Source of the DNA: Histomonas meleagridis 2922-C6/04-290x | Lineage: Eukaryota; Protista; Parabasalia | Length of the DNA: 64,000 bases | Reading direction: 5' to 3' | Assembly: GCA_020184695.1 (NCBI GenBank) | Contig: JAANOX010000121.1 | Location: 133,279 to 197,278 of the forward strand | Made by a program: the position numbers and the translations under genes | Shown: piece after piece, positions 10,438-19,651 of the stretch | Layout of the letters: each line of letters opens with the position of its first letter | Position numbering within the stretch: position 1 is the first letter of the stretch | Notes under the pieces: model-generated | Database searches by the model: none | What the model saw: the letters and a program-made list of their open reading frames with translations, nothing else | What the model was told of the DNA's origin: nothing

Positions 10438-11781
10438 ATGGAACATATAAAAATTATACAACCATCTCATGATAAAATACATTTAGATTTTTCAAATGAT
10501 ATATATGATAATTTTATTGAAGATATTAATTCATGGTGGAGTGAATTTTTTAATCCATCAATTAATGATTTAATTACTTCAATCAAAAATTTTTTTGAAC
10601 AACATAAAGGATCACCTTTCCCTATGATTGCACATGTAACTCCTCCACAAGATCAAGCTGATGCCCGTTATTTTCTAGAAGCACTTCAAACTTTGGATGT
10701 TCCAGTTATTGAAAAGAAAATTCATCATATCCAACAAAATGAATTAATATTATTTCATCCTTCTTCACCTCCATCTGATGTTCCAAGAGTTTTAGAATTC
10801 TTTCATTGTATTAATCCAAATAAATTATTCCAAGTTTTTATTGACAATGTTCTCAGAACATTCTTTTCACATGGAATTACACCTCTGCCAACTTTTGTTG
10901 GAGAATTAAAATCTCTTTATTTCGATAAATATCGATCTTTTTCATATTTAATTAGTTTAATACAACAAACAATTTTCACATACATAATTAACAAAGATTT
11001 TCAAGAAGTCCAAAATGTATTTGCATTTGATGAAACTCAATTCATTGATCAAATTCTAAAAAGACCTATCAACTCAAAATATCTTCCAACCACAGCTGTT
11101 ATTAAACTTAGAGTTCCTGTAATGGATTTAACTGAAAACCTTTTACAACATTTTGGATTTGAACATTATTTATTTACAGACGTTGATTCAATAGATGATT
11201 TTTGGACATCTAGTAAATACAAGAATTTACTTGAAAGAATGAAATCAGCAGATGAAAATGAAATGAACGAATTCTTAATTACTAAATCAGGCCCTCTTTC
11301 AATAATCTTTCAAAATCTTTCAAATGAAAAACCTAAATCTTCATCTAAACCTAACCCATCTAGATCACGAAAAGGTAGACAGTTAGCACTTATGAATAAG
11401 GTTGAGAAAAAGCAACCACTTATTGATGCATTTGAAACAATCATCAGCAAAGTTTTTAGGGCACCCTCAAAATCAAACACAATTAACGTCCTCCATATTT
11501 GTGAGGGTGCCTCATTTGATCCAAGGGGCACCCTAAATGAGATGCTTTTAGACGAAGATTCTGAAAGTGATACTGCTATTGCTTATCAGTTATTACTTGA
11601 ACAAGATAAAGTAGTTAGTATAGCAAATTGGATGAAAGCTTTTTCAGCACGAGTTGGAATTAAAGATAAAGCCATATTATTGTCTCGATTCCAAGTAGCT
11701 GTAAGTGATCTTGAATATCTTGGCTTAATTGATAAAAAGACTAGAAAGCCAGGAACATTCCGAAGAATTCTTCGTGTTTAG
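10438..11781 (+). CDS. ORC3: Origin recognition complex subunit 3-like protein
   Basis: C-terminal winged helix DTAIAYQLLLEQDKVVSIANWMKAF...RFQVAVSDLEYLGLI matches the ORC3 C-terminus (DICIAYKLHLE...INLVDW.EAF...RFIRAVSELELLGFI). Start at ATG 10438. Confidence 0.7.
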   Translation: MEHIKIIQPSHDKIHLDFSNDIYDNFIEDINSWWSEFFNPSINDLITSIKNFFEQHKGSPFPMIAHVTPPQDQADARYFLEALQTLDVPVIEKKIHHIQQNELILFHPSSPPSDVPRVLEFFHCINPNKLFQVFIDNVLRTFFSHGITPLPTFVGELKSLYFDKYRSFSYLISLIQQTIFTYIINKDFQEVQNVFAFDETQFIDQILKRPINSKYLPTTAVIKLRVPVMDLTENLLQHFGFEHYLFTDVDSIDDFWTSSKYKNLLERMKSADENEMNEFLITKSGPLSIIFQNLSNEKPKSSSKPNPSRSRKGRQLALMNKVEKKQPLIDAFETIISKVFRAPSKSNTINVLHICEGASFDPRGTLNEMLLDEDSESDTAIAYQLLLEQDKVVSIANWMKAFSARVGIKDKAILLSRFQVAVSDLEYLGLIDKKTRKPGTFRRILRV

Positions 11782-12064
11782 ATATAAATAAATAATTATA
11801 AACTGTTCTTACAATTATACCCGATAGATATTAACAGATGTATTTGAAAGAAGACGATCATTTTAAATTCAAAAATTGCATAAACTATTGAATTAAAAAT
11901 CAAAAAAAAAATCAAAATATCTTAATATACAATATATCTAAACATAATAATACAATGTTTCTAAATATTACATATCTAGTGTTATATACTAATATTATAT
12001 TTAAACATTTTATTGAGGAAATATTCGTCAGGCACCATTAACGTTTTTTGACACACCACAAAAT

Positions 12065-12103
12065 CTCAAATGATTTTGAGTATTTTTTGCCCGGGGCAAA
12101 AAA
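12065..12103. repeat. Two adjacent hairpins/inverted repeats
   Basis: CTCAAA-tgat-TTTGAG (12065-12080) and TTTTTTGCCC-g-GGGCAAAAAA (12083-12103). Confidence 0.75.
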
Positions 12104-12124
12104 AAATATCCCAAATTAGCAACA

Positions 12125-12250
12125 TTATTCATATTTTTTTGCACTTTCAAAATCTCCTTGTGTTTTTAATGTAAGTGTTTTTGTTTTATTATCAAATATT
12201 TCAAATGTTTGAATTGTATAAAGATAAAACATAAAAGAAATCATTCTCAT
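12125..12250 (-). pseudogene. 5' fragment of a BspA-like gene (signal peptide and first residues only)
   Basis: MRMISFMFYLYTIQTFEIFDNKTKTLTLKTQ and the upstream flank (to about 12355) closely match 51535-51740; homology stops at a TAA near the hairpins. Confidence 0.8.
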
Positions 12251-13016
12251 TAGTATGAAAATAAAACAACAATGATCATTACTTGTATATGAAAAAAAAA
12301 GAGACACAAAACTAAATTAAATATTACAAGACATTGTCTAAATATTAGTTTTTGAAGACCTTATTGCACATATGTGAACAAAAGCCACTTTTACACAACC
12401 CAATCGAAAAAAAGTTATTATTTTATATATGATGTGTCCTATTCTCTAAACGGTCGTTTGGAATTCGATCAAACAAATTTATCTCTTATTCTTATGTTCA
12501 TAATTCGTTATAAGTATTTGACAGAGATTAAGAATAATAGCAACAGATATTTTTAAATATTTATATAACAAAAACTCTTATATAGAGATTTGACACTTAA
12601 AATTAAAAAAAATATATCTTCATATAAAATTGGTTTATAAACAAAATTTTTGTGTTTTATATATTCATTCATTTACTATTTAGCGCATTGTATATGGTCA
12701 ATTCAATATAAGAGAATTATTGATTTTCTAGTTAAAATCGAAAATCCTAAAAAAATTATTTTACATTTTTTTTTTTTCTATCATGAAATAAGATATCAAA
12801 AATCTGTCTTATCGAAGGAAGGTTGTAATTTTTTGTGACAAGTAGACCTCACCTAGTGTTCAATTTGACAATAATGAGCTTGAAATAAAATTTACATTTC
12901 TTTTTATTTACATTTAGCATAGAATATATTTTCTTATATGTCTCTATGTTTTATTGCACAGTGATAATAAATAAATAAAAATTTATATGTTAGAGGTAAA
13001 CTCTGTAAAAAATCGT

Positions 13017-13485
13017 TAATATATTAATTTCAACAGATGAAGAATCAGTGAGAAAATGGAATGAAGAACATTTTATTCCAAAATTTATAAAACAAGAAAA
13101 AGATTTAAAAGAAATCGAAATTAAAGAAAGGTTAGAAGAAAGTCGAAAAGAAAAATCAAATAAAGAAGGAAAACAAAATGAACTAACGAATAATTCACAA
13201 TCAGAAAAAAGAAATAATAAATCAATAAGAAATATATATGAAAATAATCAAATAGCTGTAATCCTTATTTCTTTATCTGTTGCATCAATTCCAATTTTAA
13301 TTTTTACAATATTTAAAGAAAATAAAAATTTAATTGAAGAAAAAGGTAAAATTATTGGAAATAATATCATAAAAATAAATGAAGAAGAAAATAAAACAAA
13401 TGAAGATGAAAGCATTAAAAATGAAAAAGAAAAAGAAGAAGAAGAAAAAAAAGAAATTAAACAAAATAAATCTGACAATGAATAA
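13017..13485 (+). pseudogene. Duplicated 3' fragment of calnexin (TM and acidic tail)
   Basis: ISTDEESVRKWNEEHF...KEIKQNKSDNE is nearly identical to the C-terminus of 53312-54910; no lumenal domain or ATG start. Confidence 0.9.
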
Positions 13486-13992
13486 ATAGCAACCAATTTT
13501 TTGCCTGATAAATACCATTTGTTTCATATTTATTTTAAATTTTTTTTCTTATAAACTACAAAAAATTTGATAATAAAAATAAACATATGTTTTCATTTAT
13601 AGTAAAAGTTTGTGCTTATCATATTATTTTTAATTTTATCTCATTAAATAAATATTCTCACAAACAGTTACATTACATTATTTTATTTTTATAATGTAAA
13701 TGATAATTAATAATTATATATAGATATATATATATATTTATATTTATATTATTAATTTTTTTTCTTAACCCACACAAAACTTATATTAATAATTTTTAAA
13801 AAGATTTAAGTAATACTTCCCTTTATTTATGTTTTAGAGAACTCTTCATTTTATTTTAAAGGTTGCATTACATCAATTTGATGATATCATTTACTGTTGC
13901 CTTTTTCTTCTTTGATATCTAAAAATATTATGAATGATTATTAAAATAAAATTAAGAATAATAAAGAAATAATACTTGCACCAAAAGCAAGT
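13017..13992. repeat. Inverted segmental duplication of 52820-53774 (calnexin 3' end, intergenic DNA and BspA 3' end)
   Basis: Near-identical reverse complement read directly; small indels only. Confidence 0.95.
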
Positions 13993-15223
13993 GTAACAGT
14001 TTTTGAAGTAGATTTTAATGGAAATGAAGATGATGTAATATTTGAGTTCGTGATTGAGTTAGAATATATGTTAGAATTTGTATATGATACAGAAGAAGCA
14101 TTTGCTGTTGTAAATGAGTTTGATTGTGTATTTGAGTTAGATTGTGTAAATGAGTTTGATTGTGTAAATGTATGTGTTGGCCATGGATTACAATTTTCGA
14201 TTGTTGTTCCTTTTGATACATTAAATACACCAAATTTTGTTGAATTATATGAATCCAATGTCATTACACATTTGACAGGACAATTATCAAATGCATCATC
14301 ACTAACATTAGGTTGTGAGTGGCCATAATAATAAACACAATATAGAGATTTACATTCATAAAATGCTTGTGTCTCAATTGAAACCACATTTTCACCTATA
14401 ATAACAACTGATAAATTATAACAACTCTCAAAAACTTTTTCATTGATAGTAGTTAATGAATTTGGAATTTCGATACTTTTAAGAGAAGTACAATAGGCAA
14501 ATGCACAATACTCAATTGTAGTTATGTTATTTCCAAAAATAACATCTGATAATTTATGACATTCATAAAAAGCAAGCATTTTAATTGTAGAGAGTGAATT
14601 TGGTAATTTAATTCGTTCAAGTGAAGATTCAGCAAATGATTCCTCACCAATACTAATCAGATTTTCGTTAAAAATTACTTCTGTTAAGTTAAGGCAACGA
14701 GAAAATGCTTTATCTCCTATTATAGACAGTGATTTAGGAAATTTAATTCTTGCAAGTAGAACGCATTCACAAAATGCGCTGAAATTGATTTTCATAAGCT
14801 TTTCTCCAAAATTAACTTCAGTTAATTTTCGACATTTGAAAAATGCATAATCTCCAATGGAAGAAAGTGAATTTGGTAATGAAATTTTACTAAATGCACA
14901 TCCAAAAAATGAAAAATTGCTAATTGATGTTAGATTTTCTCCAAAAATTACTTTAGACAAATTTTTGCAATTATAAAACGCCTCATTACCAATTAGAGAA
15001 ACTGAATTTCCAATTTTAGCAGATGCAAGTTTCATCCACCCACTAAATACACCAGGCGGTATTGAAGTAATATTATCATCAATAATCAAAAAAATAATGT
15101 TTCATTTTTATAGAGTGTTGTATTTGTAAAATCATCTGAAGTTTTTATTGTAAGTGTTTTTGTTGTATTATCAAATATTCCAAATGTGGGTATAATTAGA
15201 AAGCAAAATATCTGAACAATCAT
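13941..15223 (-). pseudogene. BspA-like (TpLRR) surface protein, copy A, frameshifted at a poly-T tract
   Basis: TpLRR repeats (IxLPNSLxxIGxxAFxxCxxL). ATG at 15223 is homologous to 61217. A run of 7 A at 15088-15094 (5 in copy C) gives TTA TTT TTT TGA; the rest is open as 13941-15089. Confidence 0.8.
14112..14165 (-). repeat. 18-nt tandem repeat x3 (TQSNSF/TQSNSN stalk)
   Basis: AAATGAGTTTGATTGTGT-type units counted directly. Confidence 0.9.
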
Positions 15224-15486
15224 TCCTTTCCTATGAAAACAATAATGAAAATGGTTTCTGAGTACAAAAAATAAGACATAAAACTAAAATTATGATTCTA
15301 AAGTTTAAGACAAATGCTTTCTTTCATAAATTATATCAAAAATTTCATTTCAAAAAAGAAATTACTGGTAAAAGAAAATAAATATCTTCAAAATGAAAAT
15401 AAATTTTAATATAAAATACCTTTACTTTCAAGAAGTACCTTAACGATTTCTGTGTGTCCTTTTTTACATGCGAAAATTAGCGCTGT

Positions 15487-15566
15487 TTTAAATGATTCAA
15501 ATAATTTCCAAATATTATTACCAAATTTTAAATAATTAAAATAATCTTTAACTAAAAAATTTAAAT
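15487..15566 (-). other. Ankyrin insert (80 nt): ATT / 51 nt / TTT GGA / 17 nt / AAA
   Basis: Between SKN and TAL; spacer removal gives SKN-IFGK-TAL. Confidence 0.85.
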
Positions 15567-15704
15567 ATTTTTAGAATTTACATTAATTCCTTTTTGTTTA
15601 AGAAGCAAATAAAAATCTTTAGGATTGATATCAATTCCATCTTGATCAAGAAACAAAACGACTATTTCAACGTTTCCATATTCAGATGCAAAATGGAGTG
15701 GTGA

Positions 15705-15784
15705 AAGAAAAAATATAAAAAAAATTTAAATATTATATTGAAATATGAAATCAATAAATTAAATCCAAAAAAAGATAAATAAAT
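15705..15784 (-). other. Ankyrin insert (80 nt): ATT / 51 nt / TTT AAA / 17 nt / CTT
   Basis: Between VKD and SPL; spacer removal gives VKD-IFKL-SPL. Confidence 0.8.
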
Positions 15785-15874
15785 ATCTTTAACACTAGGA
15801 TTAATTTCTTTTTGTTCAAGGAATAAAACAACCACTTCTAAATCATTATTTTTAGTAGCTTTTATAAGTGCTGT

Positions 15875-15955
15875 TTCTAATAATCCAAACAAATTCCATA
15901 TATTATTATTAAATATAAAGTTAATAAAATAAATTCTAAATAAAACAAAATAAAA
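15875..15955 (-). other. Ankyrin insert (81 nt): TTT / 52 nt / TAT GGA / 17 nt / GAA
   Basis: Between DED and TAL; spacer removal gives DED-FYGE-TAL. Confidence 0.85.
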
Positions 15956-16045
15956 ATCTTCATCATTAACATTAATTCCTTTTTGTTTAAGAAGGAATTC
16001 AACCATTTCTAAATTGTCTTTATCTGCAGCTTTAATAAGTGCTGT

Positions 16046-16127
16046 TTGAAATAATTTTAATAAGTTCCATATAATCAAGAAAAAAATTAAAACAATAAAA
16101 TAATTTTTAAAAAAAAAACAAATGAAA
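16046..16127 (-). other. Ankyrin insert (82 nt): TTT / 53 nt / TAT GGA / 17 nt / CAA
   Basis: Between VKD and TAL; spacer removal gives VKD-FYGQ-TAL. Confidence 0.85.
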
Positions 16128-16289
16128 ATCTTTTACATTTATATCAATTCCTTTTTTAATAAGTGATACAACTTTTTTTGTTTCACCTTTTTCGGATGCA
16201 TTTTTAAGTTCTTTAATTTCTTTTTTTTTCTTATTAAGTAAATCTACAACTTCATTATAACCATTTTTATATGCTATTTCAAGTGGTGT

Positions 16290-16369
16290 TTTAAAAGTTT
16301 TAAATAATTTCCAAATATTATTTTGTAACATAAAATCATTAAAAGAAATTTTAAATAAAACAAATGAAT
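16290..16369 (-). other. Ankyrin insert (80 nt): ATT / 51 nt / TTT GGA / 17 nt / AAA
   Basis: Between KEN and TPL; spacer removal gives KEN-IFGK-TPL. Confidence 0.85.
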
Positions 16370-17482
16370 ATTTTCTTTGATGTTAACACCTTTTTGTTCT
16401 ATAATAAATTTAATAAGTTCAATGTTTTTTGTTTCTAAAGATGATAATAAAATACCTTTTGGTATTGGATTATTTTGTATAAAATACTTTACGAGATATA
16501 AGTTTCCATTTTTTGTTGCATTTAAAATATAATTTTCAATAACCAAAATTTGTTTTTTTTCTGTTAAATAAGAAAGAATTTCATAATTTGCATTGTTAAA
16601 ACATATGCTTTCTAAATCAGCTGATTTCAATCCAAAACCTGCTATGTCTTTTTCATAAATATATTTAAAAATATCATTTTGATGAAATTTAATTGCTGTT
16701 TCATGTGCATTATTAAATGATGAGTTATTTTGTTCACATAAATGAATTATTTCTAAGTTTCCTCCTGCAATTGCATATTTACCCGTGTTATTTACATTTG
16801 CATTATTCATAAGTAAATATTTAAAACATTTAACTGAAGAAAAAATGCTGCATAATCAATTAATGAAACATCGTTTTGATTAATAAATGAACATTTTTCA
16901 TAAAGTGATGGTTCAATTGTTTGATTAAAATCAAAATTATTTTGTGATGATATTTCTTGTAATTTTTGTAATTCATCATCAGAAATTTGACTTATAAACG
17001 ATTATTTTGCTCTCAATATTTCATTTCTCATTTTTGATGATAATTTGAATGATTTTTGTTCGAGTTAAAATCAAGAATATATCTTCCAATTGCAATCGTC
17101 AAATTAATATAAAAAAATGAAACATATCTATTAATTACTTTCAGCATTCATTTTATCGTCTTTATTTTCAACACATTTTCATCATGATGAAAATATAAAA
17201 AATAAATTTGGAACGAATGAAAACATATTTGTGTGAAATTATTTTGGTGCTTCACTTTAAATAATAGGAGATAATTATCAGGGGGTTAATTATGTGGGGG
17301 ATTTGTCATATTCGACTTCAATTGGATATTCGTTACATGAATTAGTAATTTCTATTTAAATATATTTACAGCATTCGAATGTTCCATTGAGTTATATATT
17401 CTTTAGTGGTGATATCCATCTGATTGTGAACTTATAAAAACAAATGAAAATTTGGAAATATTAATAAATATTTATAAATAAT

Positions 17483-19651
17483 TTATGGGATATAATGTAC
17501 TTTTCCTGTCGGATCTATTTTCACGTATTCTTTTTTGTTCAATATTGCGAGTCTTCTTTGGAAGTAATCATCGTCCAATCTAAAGTTAACAACTTCGCTT
17601 ACATTTGTCTTTAATGCTTCTTGGTCCATTGATTTATTTGGCTTTATCACTAACATAATTGCTGCGTCCAGTTGATAGTCGTTGTTTTGTGCGATTACCT
17701 TTGATATCTTTACTTCATCTTCCATACTTAGTTGATGGAATGCCAGTCCCATATTCAGTACAGCTTTATCTGCATTGCACCCTAAGTTTAATGAGTATTC
17801 GCCATTTTTTGATTGCAAAATCTTTCCGAACTTTTTTGTTTCCATAACCGTCAGTTTCTTTTCAATTTCATTTTCATCGTTGACTCCCAATTTTTGAGCA
17901 ATTTTTTCCAGTTTTTGAGGGCGGGTGACGTTAAAGCACATCAAAATTGATGCGTAATCACCAGAGCAATGAACTTTCTCCAGATTCGGGAAGTTAGAAG
18001 CCTTTAATGTGACTCTAGCCAGACTGTTAATCCATTCCACGTTTCTTCTTTTGAAGTTCCCCTTATAAATCTTTGTATATAACTTAAATGCTTTTGTTAA
18101 ACATTTTGGTGGACCAATTAAAGGGTTATAATGGAAATCACAAGAATCTTTTGATAAGATAATTGCAGCAAATTTTATATTCTTTTCCTTGTATTTACCT
18201 ATGAATTCCTTTTGTATTTCATTTGAATTATTATAATCATTAATTATCGATTCCATTCTTTTAGTATAATCCGAATTACATTCGGCTTCAAACTTCTTGA
18301 TGATATAATATTCTGCTTCAATATTAAAGTTCTTTAATGACAATATTCGCTTTGTTAATAATTTCGTATAATAAGTTTCAAAGACGTCATTCAATGATAA
18401 CATCTTAAACAGATAAAAATATTTGTCAAGTGTTTCGATATCAACGTTTTCATTAATAAATATCTTGTTCAATGATAACGCTAAAAGCCTTGCGACGTTT
18501 TCTGGCTCACTATTAAACCCTCGTTCAAATGCGACTTTAATAGTTCGTGAACTTTGTGGACCGAATGCTTTATCACATAATTCGATTAATGAGTTATGTA
18601 AATTTAATAACTTTTGTATCGGGTTCTTTGCCTTAAAACATTTTATAGCTTCTTCTTCAAATAGTAATGAAATTTCATGGAGAAAACTTTGGAATGTATT
18701 CGTTTCTCGTGAAAGTTTCGCACATTGTATAATACTATTGGAGTCATGTTCATTTAATGATGGACGTAAATCGTTGGCATATATTTCCTTAAGTTTATCA
18801 CTGTAGATAAGTTTATGAAGTTGGAACTCAAGTGTTTGAAGAAGATTTTTATGATCGAAAATTTGGACATTTTGAAGTTCATTTGATATTATTTCTAATG
18901 AATTCGTAAGATATTCCGAAAATGGTTTCTCATACTCCATGTTAATGATCGGACGTAAGTAATTAACAATGGATTGGATGAACATTGGTATGAAATGTTT
19001 GGGAAAAAGAACATTCGATTTGAGAAAATTGGAAATCGGAATAAGTGATGTCATGTCTCCGGTGTCACGTAACTCATTGTACGAAGTAATGGCATGTTGA
19101 CAAGCAGTAACATATGCGTCTTCGTTATGAAGAAATGCATCATTTATGAAATTTGTAAATATATCTGTGGTCGTTCCGAAAAGTGGATAAAGGAGAAATG
19201 TTAAATTTGTTGTTCTGGAAATGACATTTTCCCAATATTCGCCAATTTCGATGGAATTATTAAATTTTATAATATGTGATGGAATTTCTTCACTAAATTG
19301 ACGGAAGAGTGAGGACAAAATGTTTGTGGCTTCTTGCGAATAATTGGTTTTACTGAGTGCTCTGAAAAATAAATGGTTGGAATATGTTATCGAAGGTTGT
19401 CGTTCTGAATAAAGAACAGAATGGATGAGCGGTAACATGTTTTCTTTGAATTCGGTGATGCCTGGTTTGGATGGAATATTAAAAGGTGTTTGAAATGTTT
19501 TGGGAATTATTGGCTCAATAATTTTGAACCCTAATAATGTATCAGATAACTCTTTTTGTGATTGCGCTTGGGGATATGTTGCCACTTTCACAATAGAATT
19601 TGATTCTTCTTTTGATTTGTTTTCTTTTTTGATTTTACGTGGCATTGGCAC
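17483..19651 (-). CDS. Cullin family protein
   Basis: 722 aa; cullin homology motifs (DVFETYYTKLLTKRIL, MESIIND, RRNVEWINSL) and C-terminal neddylation-type helix LDAAIMLVIK...KEYV. Confidence 0.9.
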   Translation of the reverse strand: MPMPRKIKKENKSKEESNSIVKVATYPQAQSQKELSDTLLGFKIIEPIIPKTFQTPFNIPSKPGITEFKENMLPLIHSVLYSERQPSITYSNHLFFRALSKTNYSQEATNILSSLFRQFSEEIPSHIIKFNNSIEIGEYWENVISRTTNLTFLLYPLFGTTTDIFTNFINDAFLHNEDAYVTACQHAITSYNELRDTGDMTSLIPISNFLKSNVLFPKHFIPMFIQSIVNYLRPIINMEYEKPFSEYLTNSLEIISNELQNVQIFDHKNLLQTLEFQLHKLIYSDKLKEIYANDLRPSLNEHDSNSIIQCAKLSRETNTFQSFLHEISLLFEEEAIKCFKAKNPIQKLLNLHNSLIELCDKAFGPQSSRTIKVAFERGFNSEPENVARLLALSLNKIFINENVDIETLDKYFYLFKMLSLNDVFETYYTKLLTKRILSLKNFNIEAEYYIIKKFEAECNSDYTKRMESIINDYNNSNEIQKEFIGKYKEKNIKFAAIILSKDSCDFHYNPLIGPPKCLTKAFKLYTKIYKGNFKRRNVEWINSLARVTLKASNFPNLEKVHCSGDYASILMCFNVTRPQKLEKIAQKLGVNDENEIEKKLTVMETKKFGKILQSKNGEYSLNLGCNADKAVLNMGLAFHQLSMEDEVKISKVIAQNNDYQLDAAIMLVIKPNKSMDQEALKTNVSEVVNFRLDDDYFQRRLAILNKKEYVKIDPTGKVHYIP

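Larger units (their letters stand above)
13971..15608. repeat. Direct segmental duplication of 59859-61602 (BspA, upstream region and last ankyrin module)
   Basis: Near-identical except for central LRR blocks and stalk repeat number. Confidence 0.9.
15406..17031 (-). pseudogene. DUF3447 + ankyrin-repeat gene, interrupted by five 80-82 nt inserts; 5' part damaged
   Basis: DUF3447-type motifs (FDFNQTIEPSLYE, SLIDYAAFF, YAIAGGNLEIIHLCEQ, AIKFHQNDIF); ankyrin modules TPLEIA, TALIKA, SPLHFA, TALIFA; in-frame TAA at 17002-17004 and a one-base-short run at 16840-16845. Could be partly functional or reflect sequence error. Confidence 0.75.

Noticed and set aside
10414-10482. True coding overlap between the BEACH ORF and ORC3
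   Set aside because: The extensions come from ORF-finder upstream or alternative starts; downstream ATGs at 10413 and 10438 remove the overlap.
15365-15419. Possible 55-nt GT...CAG intron on the minus strand after the last ankyrin module
   Set aside because: No ACTAAC branch motif, and splicing yields only a short non-conserved tail.
15487-16369. Ankyrin inserts as ordinary U2 (GT-AG) or U12 (AT-AC) introns
   Set aside because: No frame-preserving boundary choice gives GT-AG or AT-AC in all copies, the parabasalid ACTAAC-n-AG 3' motif is absent, and single-block removal loses the hairpin Gly.
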